From the NCBI GenBank assembly GCA_024137785.1, contig JAHRHZ010000069.1, positions 12,646,618 through 12,710,617 of the forward strand: a DNA stretch of 64,000 bases. The letters run 5' to 3'. The notes beneath the pieces are model-generated. The model was not told where the DNA came from. It searched no databases and saw only the letters and a program-made list of their open reading frames with translations. Position numbers and translations under genes: made by a program. Source of the DNA: Ginglymostoma cirratum (Eukaryota). Shown one piece after another: positions 38,200 through 51,157 of the stretch (position 1 is its first letter; each line of letters opens with the position of its first letter).

Positions 38200-39207
38200 A
38201 ATGGACTTCCTGAGAGATTGGGATTGGGATCCTTGCTTTTCCAGATATGTATTAATGATCTGGATCTTGGTGTGTAGTGGATAATTTTAATGTTTGCAAA
38301 TGAAAAAAGCCTTGGAAGATTTGTAAACTGTGAAGAGGACAATGTGGAATTCCAGTTGAGCATTGACAAGTTGGTGGAATAGGCAGATAGGTGGCAGATG
38401 AGGTTCAATGCAGAGAAGTGTGAGAAGATGCACTTTGTTCAGAAGAACATTGAAAGACAATGTAAAATTCGGGATGCAATTTTAAATTGCGTGCGGGGAC
38501 AGATGGAACTGGATGTATATGTGCACAGGTCATTACAGGTGGCAGGACAGGTGGAAATAGCAGTTAATAAAGCATACGTTGCCCTCGGCTTTATGAATAG
38601 GGCCAGAGACAGCAAGAGCAAGGCGATGATGTTGAACTTGGATAAGACGCTTATTAGATCTCAGTTGGAGTATTGTGTACAGGTGTGAGTGTTACATTAT
38701 AGGAAAGATATAATTACATTGAAGAGGGTGCAGATGTAATTTAAAGGAAGGGTTCCAGGAATTTCAGTTGTGAGGATAGATCATAGAAGTTGGGACTGTT
38801 CTCCTTGGAGAGTCGAAGGCTGATTGGAGTTTGATTGAGATCTTCAAAATCATGAGCAGGCTAGGTAGAGTAGGTAAGGCAAAGCTATTCCTGCTCAGAA
38901 AAAGTACAAGAATGAGAAGCCATAAATTTAAAGTGATGTGCAAAAGAAGTAAGGATGATGTGAGAAAAAAAAAACACTTTTCACTCAGCAAGCAATAGGG
39001 TATGGAATGCATTGCTTGCAAGTATGGTGCTGACAGGTTCAGTTGAGGTATTAACAAGGGCATTGAATGATTATTTCAATAGAGATAGTGTGCAATGGTA
39101 TAAGGAAAAAGCAGGAGAGGTACAAGGTAGTGATGTTTGAAGAACTGGAGCATTTGGAGTGGGCCGAATGGCCTTATTCCACACCAAAACAATTCTGAGA
39201 TTCTGTG
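38200..39207 (+). mobile_element. CR1 LINE 3' part (RT domain remnant)
   Basis: LGLGSLLFQICINDLDLG..FANEKSLG, MRFNAEKCEKMHF..LEYCVQV; 3' end gggccgaatggccttattcc..ttctgagattctgtga. Confidence 0.9.
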
Positions 39208-39534
39208 AAAGTGGATAATTTTGCACATCTATATATTATGATCCATCTGTCAGCCTGTTTCATCATCAACTTGTGTCTATCCCTTGGCAGCTGCCCCGAA
39301 CCCTTGTCATAATATACTTTCCCATCATTGGAAACCTTGGATTACAGTTGGACCTATCGTCTATGTCAATTATGCAGATTATAAACAGCTGAGGCTGAAG
39401 TTCTTATAATATTGCATTAGTTGCACCTTAACATTTATTTATTTATAATTTCTGTCCATTGACCACTTCTTAATCCACAGTAGTATATTGCCCCTAATCA
39501 CATTGGTCCTAATATTATGTAGCAATGGGCTGTA

Positions 39535-39748
39535 CAGGTACTTCTCCTACATCACGATAGTCGTGTTTTTGTTGACCTCGCGCTTTGGAAAATTGTGCTC
39601 TGGAAAATCGCGTTCTCGGGAAATCGCTATGGAAAATGGCTATACCTGTACGACAAAAGTTCACATTATCCAAACAGCATCCACTATTCATCAATCACAT
39701 TGCAGCCAATTCGCCTTAACGAAACACACATGATAGCAGAACTACCTT
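39535..39748. mobile_element. Tc1/mariner-pogo (Tigger-like) MITE
   Basis: TA|caggtacttctcct ... agcagaactacctt|TA; homologous along its whole length to 58737-58935. Confidence 0.8.
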
Positions 39749-39899
39749 TATCAAATTATCAAATGCATTTTGAAAATCCAAATGTACTACATCCAGTTCC
39801 CGAATCCCTTTATCCACTGTGCTCATTATACTCTCTAAAACAGTTATAGATTTATGAATCACAATTTCATTTCATAAAACCAAGTTCACTGTTGATCAT

Positions 39900-40034
39900 G
39901 TGACCCTTCCTCGGTCACCAGACCCGAAACATTAACTCTGAACTTTGTTTTCACAGGTGCTGCCAGACATGCTGAGCTATTCCAGCTACTTCTGTTTTTG
40001 TTCCTGATTTACAGCATCCGCAGTTCTTTCGGTT
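39900..40034 (+). mobile_element. PLE-derived short element with a micro-inversion inside the hammerhead
   Basis: gtgacccttcctc (antisense of the ribozyme 5' half) joined to ggtcaccagacccgaaacattaactctg; perfect 15-bp TSD ttcactgttgatcat at 39885-39899 and 40035-40049. Confidence 0.9.
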
Positions 40035-41389
40035 TTCACTGTTGATCATACTGTGAAGTTTAAATGCACTGTGCCCACACGTTTATGGTAAATTCTAGTG
40101 TGGTTTCTTTTTAATCGTGCCAGGCTGATAGAAACTTTTCATCCCTGTTTACTTTTTCCTACTTTTTTTGGAACAGTGTGGTTACATTTGCTGCCTTCCA
40201 AACCATTTCAGTATTTAGAAGATCAAAACCAGTGTATCCTTTATCTCTGAGCCAACTTCTTTGATAGATTAGCATCTAGGCCATCAGATCGAGGGAATGG
40301 GTTAGGTTTTAACTCAAATGATTTCTCGAGGATGTTTCCTATATCAATATTAATTGTGCGTTCCTTACTCTCTTTGGATTCTATTTTCCCCACAATTTCC
40401 ACTTCTTTGTGACTACTGTTATAAAGGCAGATAAAGTGTAGCATTTAATGGAACTAATGGTGTTCTCATCCATGATCACAGAAAGTGTGGAGGAATACTG
40501 TCATTTATGTGCTGGAAGACTGGAAGAATCTCATAAAGGACCTTACTGGTCACTGTTCAGAATTCCCTGGAGAGGGGACACTGCGGGCAGCGGATGGAGC
40601 AGTGCAGCAACCTCTCACACTGACCTCCTATTGCGCAAAATAATCACCCGCAGGCGTGGAAATTGCATGTAATATGCTCACCAAAAGCCAGGATGAAAAT
40701 GGGGCACCAGCCGTGGGTGAATGAGGCTGGGGTGAGGTTTGCCAGAGAGGGATTACAGGGCATTTGAAGGTGAGAACAAAGGACTCTCTTTCATCAGAAG
40801 CCCCACCACCTTACTCAATAATTGTATCTGACAATGGTGAATGCTGGCAGGTTGCTGGCTATCATGACATTTTTGTCTGGTATTTTGTTCGAGACTTGGG
40901 AGAGCCATGTCACTCCAATTTAATCCCTGAGCCAATACAAAATAGCAGGGGGCTCAGAGATCATACATTAATTTAATTGGGAACAGATTTCTTTAACTGG
41001 ATATTTCATGTAGCTGATCCCACCCAGCTTTCCCAAGCAGCAGAACGTGCCCATTTCTGCTTGCTCAATTTTTTTTCTAAAATATCCATTTACAGCCTTT
41101 AACATTCCTTATCCCTTATCATAATTTATCTTATTGCTGCTTTAAGAGACCAGAACTTAGTTTTGCTGTACTCTTGCTTTTTACCTATTTGTGAAAGCTA
41201 ACAATTTTTTTAAACTTCTTTTTAAATTTACTCTGATTTTGTACTCTATCCAAAAACTGTTAAAGTACTCTCATTTTCTATCCTACCTTGCTTTCTCATT
41301 TTCTCAGCCATAATTCATTATCATTTCAAACATTTACAGTTCTTAACCTGGCAGCTCTTTTTGGCAATGCTATCAATCATGTTTCATTG

Positions 41390-42890
41390 AGTTAAGTAAG
41401 CGGGCACGCACCATGGATTATTTTGTGGTAAAATGCAAAGTGATATACTTTGGTCATAAGTACAGAAAGGCAGGATCTTTTTTAAGATATGTGAAACTTA
41501 TAAAGGTTGATGGTGCCATGATCGTGGTAAAAGATAAAGTACCAATTTTTGACTTGTATCATCTGATTTTAATACCAGGATTTTTGGGACTAAAATGGTT
41601 TTTACAAAGGAAAATCACATTGACCACAGGCTAACCCAACTTTGTGAAACTAAATAAACTGAGCCAAAATTAATGTTTTCAAAAGCCATTGAAACTCAGA
41701 TCCGTAATTCTTATATTATTTACATCTTTATGAATATGTTTCACAGACTGGAGATTAATGGTCCAGCGAAGAAAACGATGGGCCCAGACATGGGAATACA
41801 CAACCGAGCTATATTTTAAGCAGTTACTTCAGCAGAGTAACAAATAGATAGATGGATTTGTAACTGGAAAGGGATAAGTTTATTCATCAGTATCTCTTTC
41901 TGACTGGCTGTGATCTTGTTTTCTCTCAGTTTCTATCATGGGACAGAACCCAGTGATAAAACCAAACAGAGAAACATTGGTGCGCAGAGAACTCCAACGT
42001 AGCTCAAATATTTGTTTTTACTGAGTACACAAGGCATCAGTTAAATACGCATGGTTTCAAGTTAAATCCTAATATCTCAAGGACTCTTCCCAAGAACATT
42101 TAAGTTGCATGTTCCTTTGTTTACCTTTTGTCCTTGTCATTCTCCTTTTTTAATACCAGTTTTTGCATGTGTGTTTAATGTCACTTTTTTTTATTTTTCT
42201 TGGGGTTTGCAAAAAAATGCTCTTCCCTTCACTCAAGAAAACCTTGTACTTCGCTCCTTGACTAATTCTGATGACATTTTATTGAAATAAGGCACAGCTA
42301 ATCACGAAAAAGAATTGAAAATTTAACTCCAAAGGGGTTAAAACGAGAAAGCCAATTCACACATACTTTTACCTGGTGTTAACAGTATCCAGGGAAACTT
42401 GGGTGTACTCAGGCAAGGAACAAAAAATGTTAACAGGCAAGTATGACAAGCTGTTAGGAAAGCCTGTGTTATGCTGGCTGATATTGCAAAAAATTGCAAT
42501 GCAACAAATGAAATAAAAAACATGTTGCAATTAAATGGGGATTGCACTTGGAATATTGTGTCCAACTTTCAACTTTATATTTAAGGAATGATATACTTGC
42601 ATTGGAAGCAATACAATGAATATTCACCAGATTGATCCCTGAGATGGGAGAATTGTCCTTTAGTGAGAGGTTGAGTAAATTAGGTCAAGGTTATCTTGGA
42701 GTTTCAAAAAAAAACAGAGGTGATTTCATCAGAATGTTCAAGTTTATGAAGGAATATGACAGGACAAATATTGAAATGGCTTTCCTTTAAATGTGATTTG
42801 GATACCAGTATCAATGATGATCATATTGAATGCTGGAGCAGGGCTCCATTGATTGCAAAGTCTCCTGTGCCTATTTCTTATGTTTTGATA
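41390..42890 (+). mobile_element. CR1 LINE fragment interrupted by an LTR-like insertion
   Basis: KCKVIYFGHK at 41431-41460; CR1 resumes at ~42384 (cagggaaacttgggtgtact) and ends cctgtgcctatttcttatgtttt. Confidence 0.7.
41514..42383 (+). mobile_element. Solo-LTR-like insertion nested in CR1
   Basis: TG..CA ends (tgccatgatc..ggtgttaaca); the CR1 sequence is continuous across it. Confidence 0.5.
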
Positions 42891-43153
42891 GAATCGGTCA
42901 GACCTTTGTTTAGCTATGGTTGTTACGCCTTTCCAGTGCAGATTTGATTCATGTAAGGAATGTAATCATTGACAATTATGATTTATTTCTTCAAATATGT
43001 CCCATTGTTTATCCACCATCATACCATTAAATTGCTAACCAATGTAAACTAGGTCAGTTCTCATAGCTCCACAGTTGGATTTATTTAATTGTCAGATCCA
43101 GTTTTGGACTTAACTGTAACAAGCTATTAAATGTAGCATGAAATATTCCAGTT

Positions 43154-44000
43154 TGTCATGAGTTAGACTTGTCCTCATAATCTCAGTACCAAACTTTTCC
43201 TCAAAAATTTGCTGGAAGCACAAGCTTTCAATGCAGCAAGATAAACAGGACATCTGGGATTTGACTGAACAGGGCAAGTTATAGCTACAACCAATTCAGT
43301 TGGAGGATTTGAGCATAAACACACAGGAGGAAACCGAATTAAGGACAACACAAAAAAAGAAGACAAAAAGATTTGATGAAGAAGTGACAATGCTGTGGCT
43401 TTAAGAGATGTACATTATCTTTGTTTCTTTCAAGAAGGAGATTGAAGGAGAGGTGATGAGTCATCTGTGGTAATGTAGACAGCTTGCCAGCATTTGGGTT
43501 TTTTAAAGTTGGAACAGTAGATTCAGCCTGGATCAGTGTGACCAGTTCTCAAAGACAAGGATTCTTAGATTTTTTTAGCTTTAAACTGTTGCTGTTGGTG
43601 TCTCAAAAGGTTTGGAAGCTGCAGTAAATGTCTCCTGGCTGCTGCTCTCTGTTTTCACTTGATTTTTTTCTCTTTTTCTGCTGCAGGATTGCATGTGAGA
43701 CAATTTGTTTCAGACTTTGTCTTTTTGCAATAGGGGATGTTATGATATTGGAACAGTTAATTAATAATAACTACTGTATCTATTATTCTGTGAATTTTTC
43801 CAATAGAGTTAAGTGATTTCAAGTTCTTTCTTTTGTTGTATTTTAGCAACAGTATTTGAATAAATTGTGTTTTGCTTAATACCAAGTGGTTTGACCAATC
43901 AAATTGCATCTGGAACACTTGTCTTTTCAACCGAAAAATAAGTTGGACTCTAGGCTACATTCTTAAAATATATTGAGAGTATCTGGTCTGGTCCATAACA
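43154..44000 (+). mobile_element. Solo-LTR-like repeat, family B
   Basis: tgtcatg..ccataaca termini, aataaa at ~43859; 3' half homologous to 51280-51820 plus 52091-52103. Confidence 0.6.
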
Positions 44001-44771
44001 AGTGAAAACAGTAAGAGACAAAAGGGTATGAAACACGATGTGAAATTTATCATCTGACATATTTCCAATTTTCTTCAGAGCAAGAATGAGACTTCATAAT
44101 TAAAATAGTTAAATTTTAATGTGAGATTATTGGATTGAGATTCATTATCACTGATCTGTAATGGCCAGAGTATTTATCCTTGTAATAACAAAACATAAGT
44201 ACCTGTGGTGCATTAAATTAAAATTTGGAACATTTCCAGAAAAAAGAGTTAGGAAGCTTTTAGAGTACAATTATGGCTTGAATTATATCATTTAAAGAGC
44301 TGTTCAATGTTTTCCAAAATGGTGGATGTGCCTGGAAATCACACATCCCACTTTCACTGAAGTGGGAATAGATCAGGTTGGCATTTGCACACGTATGGCT
44401 CTGGCAGGCGAGTATCAACTGAAATCATTAGATGCCTTGACTGAAACAGGATTTTGGCAGCCTTGACGTGTGAAACCTGAGGTGCACAGAGTAGATCTGG
44501 TAAGAGCAGGTCTGGACTTTGTGGACTTCTTTTGATTACCAGGGAACCCCTTTTGAAAGATGAGGTACACTTCGGGGCTTTGTTCTGTGACACCTTTGGG
44601 GAAGGTAAGATGCCCTGTGTTGGAGTAGATCTATCTCTGAAGTGAGGGTGCTTTGGAATATGTCAGGTGGTCTTTGAGAAACGCAAGTTGACTTTTGTAA
44701 TTGTGAAAGGTAGATTAAAAAAAAAACTGTTGAAACTATCCGAAGCCCCGCTTGAAGGAATCGGTCCAAAG

Positions 44772-45498
44772 TGTTGTGAGGTTGAGTAGAATACTTGTGG
44801 AACAGGAGGCAGGAAGTTAGAATTTGGTGTGTGTAAAAGGCTAAGGGTGAAAGTATTGCATGGTCCCTTGAAAAGATGATGTGTTTTTTCTGTGCGTGGA
44901 GATTTAAAGTGGATGTCTGTGAACAGCAGCTTGAAAGTTTGCAAGTACACAGAGAGCTAACTGCCATCAGCCAGAATTAACAGCCCTCACTCTCAAGAGA
45001 GAATTGTTTGCTCTCATAACTTGCTCTATGTATGAGAGAAAGCATCATCTAAGGAACAAAGGTACCCATGGCACAACTAATTAGTGTTTCTGACAGAAGA
45101 ATCAACAAAGAAGGCAGAAGAACATTCCAGAAGATTTAACCTGGCTATAATTTTGAGACACTAAATTCTTTTTCAAATATAAGTGGGACGCGTATTTAGT
45201 AGAACAGCATACCATTACACTCTTGCTTTCTTCGGGAATAGTTAGGAGTTAGATGAGATTTATTCAGTTTGTTAATAGTTTAGTTAATTTGTTCACTGTT
45301 AGAGTTAGATAAATAAATTGTTAGTCGTTGATTTTAAAGTCTGTGTCAGGGGTTTATTTTATTTAACCACTAGAAGTTGCTGAACAGCAGGTTACACCAC
45401 TTTTCACACTCCTTTTATAGATTATAGAGTGAGGTGGTCCTCTTTGGGTGTTTCGGTTTCAGTTCTCAGAGGGGGAGATCAACGCTCCCTTTATAACA
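44772..45498 (+). repeat. 5' LTR of the Gmr1-type element
   Basis: Colinear with 50204-50928. Confidence 0.9.
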
Positions 45499-45699
45499 GA
45501 ACGGGGGTTCGTGTCTAGGATTCGGATAGATCTGAAATGGATTTGGACAGATTTGAATATACTTAGTGTACAAAATATCCCAGCAGATTTAAACAGACTT
45601 GGGGACTAGTGTCCTGCATCTTGAAGTAAAACTAAAGTGAGAAGTGGAAAATCTGTTTAATTTTTGTTGCTTGTTGTTGGTTAAATCAAAAGTGGGCAA

Positions 45700-46930
45700 A
45701 TGGCTCTTAACATTGCTGAAGAGATTCTGGTGGTTGAAGATGCTTCCCCAAATTTGCCAAAAAAGTTTAGAAAGACCGAAAAGGAGACACTTTTAGAATT
45801 AGCAGATAGGCTAGGATTGTGTTTAACCTGGGGTACATAGAAAGCTGAAATTATAACGGAGTTAATCAAGCATTTTGGGATATGAGAGAAACGGTGAAAT
45901 ACAATGGAGTGAGAAAAAAAGTTAAATTGAGAATGAGACAATTGGACTTAGAAGAAGAAGAAAGGGAAAGAAGATTCCTAGCTGAAAAGAAAGAAAGGGA
46001 GCTGAAACAATTAGGATTAGGGCCAAAAACAGAGCAAAAAAAAAAGGAAAGAATTATTCTGGCAGAGCAAAAAGAAAAAGAGAGTTTGAACTTCTGAAGT
46101 TGGCAACTGGACAGGAAATTCAATTTAAAAGGATGAAGGTGAAGGTAGAAGGTGGGCTTAATGAGCAGGAGAGTGATGATGAGCAAACCCATTGCAGCCA
46201 AAGGCCTGATACGGATATACACAAATATTTCAAAATCTGACCAAAATTTGATGGAAGAGATGCAGAAGCCTTTTTCATTTCTTTTGAGAAATTGGCTAAA
46301 CAGATGAACTGGCCAGAGACTGTATGAAGAATGTTGATTCAGACCAAGTTGGTAGGCAGGGCTAATGAGGTATTTGCAGCGCTGTCAGAGAAGGTGTCAG
46401 GAGAATATGAACAAGTAAAACAGGCTATTTTTAGGGCCTATGAACTGGTACTAGAAACATAGACAATGGCTCAGTAATGTAAGAAAAGAACCAGATCAGA
46501 TTTTTATCGAATTTGAGAGAATTAAACAGAGCAACTACGATAGAGGGACAAGAGCATTAAAGATAGAAAAGACTTCTGAGGCTGTTAGAGATATTCTGCT
46601 GGAGGAGTTCAAAAACTCACTTCCAGAAGTGATAAGAACTCATGTTGAGGAGCAGAAAGTTAAAACAGTGAGAAGACCTGCAGAGATGGTGGATGAATAC
46701 ACATTAGTGCATAAATTGAAGTCCAGCTTCTGACAGCAAATTTATTCTGTGAGGGATAGAAGTTGGGAAACAGGGAGATCCTTCAATGAAAAGCAAAAAG
46801 GAGATCACATTGGGAACAGTTTACCACACGTGAAAAGAGAAACCCAAGAGGGTGGAAATGAAGTGAAAGACCTCAGGTTTTGTTCACAGCATTAAGGTGG
46901 AACTCACAACGTCACAGTGCTGGTGATTTA
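45700..46930 (+). pseudogene. gag: gag with coiled-coil and SCAN-like capsid domain (stops and frameshifts)
   Basis: MALNIAEEIL.., E/K/R-rich coiled coil, PKFDGRDAEAFFISFEKLA, ILLEEFKNSLPEVIRTHVEEQKVKTVRRPAEMVDEY (from 46593). Confidence 0.85.
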
Positions 46931-47289
46931 AGAGAGGCACTGGGAAAAAAATTATGTGGTAAAAGAGGCTAAACCAGTGGGATTAGTTGAGGTAGTAAAG
47001 GAAATCCCAAGAGAAGTCAAGGAGCTGCAGGAGAGTGCACAGCCTCATCATGGGATGGATAGTAAGTCATGAAAAAGCCAGAAGAAAGCCCAGGAAATGA
47101 GGAGTTTAAGGAAAAATGGCATTTTTTTTCAGACTGTGTGGTGACAAGATCCCACATCCATAAGTTAAAACAAGAAAGAAAACAAAAGAGAAAGATGAAG
47201 GAGTTGAGGCCCAGTTCGCTGACACTCTTTTTGATGAAACAGTAAAGGAAAAACCTAAGCAGGTAGAAGATCACGCAGAGGTGATTAGC

Positions 47290-48530
47290 TCTGAAAGTCT
47301 AATGGAGTTAGAACAAAAAGATGAGATGGTAAAAGGTTTATATCATAAAGCTTACATGGAAAAGGAAACAGAACGTTTTCCAGAATGCTATTAACTTAAG
47401 GATAAAATCTTAGGGTGGAAATGGAGACCTTAACAGGTTAGTGCAGATGAGAAATGAGTGGAAGTCCACCAGATTGTCTTGCCAGTAGAATACAGACAGG
47501 AAGTATTGCGGGTAGCACACAAAATACCTGTAAGAGGTCATCTAGGAGTGAGGAAGACTCAGGCTAAAATATATAAGCATTTCTGGGTTACAGAAAGATG
47601 TGGTTGAATTTTGCTCTTCCTGTCATACATGTCAGGTGGAGGAACACCACAGGCAGTGATAAAACCAATGCCTTTCATGTCAATTCCTGCAATTGAAGAA
47701 CCTTTTACATGCGTGATAATAGATTGTGTTGGTCACCTCCTTAAAACCAAAAGTGGGAGCCAATATTAGCTAAACATAATGGATGTGTCTTCCAGGTTTC
47801 TGGAGGCAATTCCATTACAGAATGTCAATGCGAAAAAGGGTATGGAGGAGTTGCTTGCTTTCTGTACCCATTTTGGATGCCCCAGGGAGGTTCAGTCAGA
47901 CTAAGGGTCCAATTTTACTGCCAAATTATTTAAGGAGGTTATGATAGTTTAGGTATCCAACACTTCAAACCAAGTGCGTACCATCCTGAATCCCAGGGAA
48001 CATTAGAAAGGTAGCATCAGACCCTAAAGACAATGCTGAGAGCTTATTGCCAGGATTGCCCAAATGATTGAGATAAAGGTACCCCATTTATATTATTTGC
48101 TATTAGGGATGCTCCAAATGAATTGACTCCGTTTACTCCATTTGAATTGATATTCAGACACGAAGTAAGCGGCCTGTAAAATTAATTAAGGAAAAGTTGA
48201 TTGTTGAAGATCTCACAGTTGGATTATGTATCTGAGGTGAGAGAAAGATTAAACAGAGTAGGTGAATTAGCTGGACAACATTTGAAGGCGGCAAAGCACC
48301 TCATGAAGCAAGAAGCAGATAAGAAATCTAAAATATGTAAGTTTGCCCATGGGGATAAAGTACTGATGTTGTTCCAGTGATAGGAGATCCCTTCAAAACA
48401 AGGTTTAGTGATCCCTATCAGATTGAGAAGAAGTTAAATCAGGTGAATTATCTAGTAAAGATGCCAGATAGGAAAAAAATTATCAGGTATGTCATGTAAA
48501 CATGCTGAAACCTTACTGTGACAGGGAAAG
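47290..48530 (+). pseudogene. Integrase (HHCC, DDE and GPY/F regions), disrupted
   Basis: AHKIPVRGHLGVRKT..CHTCQ, IIDCVG..MDVSSRF..VQSD*GSNF..YHPESQGTLER, DPYQIEKKL..HVNMLKPY. Confidence 0.88.
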
Positions 48531-48789
48531 GGAACTGGAGAAACAGGTATTAGTTCCTGTCATTCAGAGTGAGGAATCAAATCCAGATGATTTGGATTTT
48601 GAGGTGCCTCAGAGTAAATTGAATAATGAGGAAGTCCTTAAGGAATGGGATGAGGTACTGAGTTATCTGTCCCAGGTACAGAGAACTGAATTGAAAGACT
48701 TGTTCCATTGCTATGAGGACCAATGTAGAAATAAAATGGGAGGGGGAGGGGTGCGGATAACACTATGTTGACATTGGGAATGCTGTTCT

Positions 48790-50035
48790 GATAAAATAAC
48801 ACCCCTACAGGCTTAATCCTCTCAAAGCAGCACAGGTTCAAAAAGAAGTGGAAGTGATGCCCCAAGAAGACATCATTGAGATGAGCCAAAGTGAGTGGAG
48901 CTTGCTGAGCATGTTGGTTCTCAAACCCAATGGTACTCAATGATTCTGTGTAGATCATTGGAAGGTCAACACTATGACCAAATCTGACTCATACCCATTT
49001 CCAAAGCTGGAGGACTATACGGAAAAGGTAGGACAAGCCACTTACATCACAACGTTGGACTTACTTTGCGGTTACTGGCAAGTACCTTTGTCAGAGACAG
49101 CGAAAGAAGTTTCTGCTTTTGTAACCCCTAGTGGGCTATATTGATTTAAAGTAATGTCCTTTGGAATAAAAAAATGTACCAGCCACTTTTCAAAGGCTCA
49201 TGAATAGGGTTGTTGACGGATTGACTAATTGTGCTGTCTATATAGACGACTTAATGATCTTTGGCCATTTGTGGAAAAATCACATGGTGCATTTGGCAGA
49301 GCTCTTTAAAAGACTGCAGAAGGCAAAGTTAGACATAAACTTGGCAAAAACAGAATGCGCAAATGCGGAAGTGACATTCTTAGGGCACAGCATTGGAAAT
49401 GAATGGATGACACCAAGGAACATGAAAACGAAGGCCATCGAGGAATTTCCAAGACCATCCTCGAAATATAAAGTGCTATGATTTTTAAGATTGAGCAGAT
49501 TCTCCAGGAAATTTGTACCAAACTTTAATAGCGTGGCTATACCATTGTCGGACTTTTTAAAAAAGAACGCAACATTTCAGTGGACAGAACAATGCCAGGA
49601 GGCATTTGAGAATTTAAAAGCAGTGTTAACCATTGCACCAGTTCTAGCCAAGCCAAATTTTTTGAAACCCTTCAAAGTCGCCATTGACACAAGCAATGAA
49701 AATGTTAGAGCTGTATTGTTACAGAAGGATGACTGTGGAATTAAAAGGCCATCTGTTTTACAAAATTAAGCTCAATATCTACCAGAAAATAATATTCAAC
49801 CACTGAAAAAGAGTTATTGAGTTTGATAATCGCCTTACAACATTCTATTGTTTACAACGCAAGCAATGTATCAGAGATCACTGTGCATGCCGATCACAAT
49901 ACTTTGACATTTCTGGAAAGATTTAAGGACAAGAACATCAGATTATTTCATTGGACCGTCATATTATAAGCATTTAATTGACAGATTTGACGTGTTGTGG
50001 GCCATGAAAATATTATTCTGGATACTTTATTGCAA
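48790..50035 (+). pseudogene. pol: Reverse transcriptase and RNase H, disrupted
   Basis: DSYPFPKLED, LDLLCGYWQVPL, YIDD at 49239-49250, KPFKVAIDTS..AVLLQ. Confidence 0.9.
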
Positions 50036-50203
50036 GTTTAAAAGAAAAATTTTAATATAAGATAAAAACAATAGTTTTCAATGTTGTACAGATATAGAAT
50101 GAGAATAAAATGTGTAACTCTAGACTAATGAGCTTTGGATCAAAGAGAAAAAAAATGAAGCCATCTTTTCAAAATGATGGTTCATTTCTTTCTTAATGGG
50201 AGG

Positions 50204-50928
50204 TGTTGCAAATTTGGGTAGAGTACTTATGGATCAGGAGGCCAGAAGTTAGAATTTGGTGTTTGTAAAATTCTAAGGAGGAAAGCATTACATAGTCCTT
50301 TTAAAAGATGATGTGCTTTTCCCATGCTTAGAGGGTTAGAATGGATGTCTGTGAGCAGCAGCTTGAAAGTTTGCAAGTACACAGAGAGCTAACTGCCATC
50401 CGCCAGGTTTAACAGCCCTGAACTCTCAAGAGAGAGTCACTGGCTCTCAGAGCCTCCTCCATATATTAGAGAAAGCTAAATAACAAAGGTACCCATGACA
50501 CAACTAGTTGATGTTCCTCACAGAAGAATCAACAAAGAAGGCAGAAGAACATTCTGGAAGACACATAACCTGGCTGTAATTTTGAGAGACTAAATTCTAT
50601 TTTTGTTTATATAAGTGGGACTTCTATTTTTTCGAACAGCATACCATTAGTATCTTTCTTTATTAAGGAATAGTTAGGAGTTAGATGACATTTATTTGGT
50701 TTGTTAATACTTTAGGTAATTTGTTCAGTGTTAGAGTTAGATAAATAAATTGTTACTTGTTGATTTTAAATTCAGAGTCAGGAATTTATTTTACTTAACC
50801 ACTAGAAGTTGCTGAAAAGCAGGTTTACCACTTTTCACACTCCTTTTACAGATTATAGTGCAAGGCACTCCTCTCTGAGTGTTTCATTTTTACTTCTGAG
50901 ATGGGGGACCAACCTCCACTTTATAACA
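50204..50928 (+). repeat. 3' LTR of the Gmr1-type element
   Basis: Directly follows the PPT; colinear with the 5' LTR. Confidence 0.9.
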
Positions 50929-51157
50929 AAATTATGAAGAGGGCCCTTTTAAAGTGGTGGTCAAAAATTCAAGGGAACCTTATAAAGGAAGCTGTCAAAC
51001 GTGTCAAGATGATCCATCAAAATCATCTATCAAAGGAGCTGACAAGGCAGTTAAAATTCCTGCTCTTTAAATTTTGAAAAAAACGTCAAGTTTTTTTGTA
51101 AGAGAAAACATTTCCTGCTGTTTCACTCTGTCTGCTAAAATTAACCTAAGGGTACTA

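Larger units (their letters stand above)
44772..50928 (+). mobile_element. Gmr1-type Ty3/Gypsy LTR retrotransposon (gag-[PR lost]-IN-RT-RH), decayed
   Basis: Paired LTRs 44772-45498 and 50204-50928 (TGTTG..TAACA); degenerate tRNA-Pro-type PBS cgggggttcgtgtctaggat after 45498; PPT aatgggagg 50195-50203; integrase precedes RT. Confidence 0.92.

Noticed and set aside
45882-46097. E/K/R-rich ORF as a host coiled-coil gene
   Set aside because: It is part of the Gypsy gag between the LTRs.
44768-50932. Target-site duplication of the Gmr1 element
   Set aside because: Flanks aaag / aaat match at only 3 of 4 positions in A-rich sequence; not conclusive.
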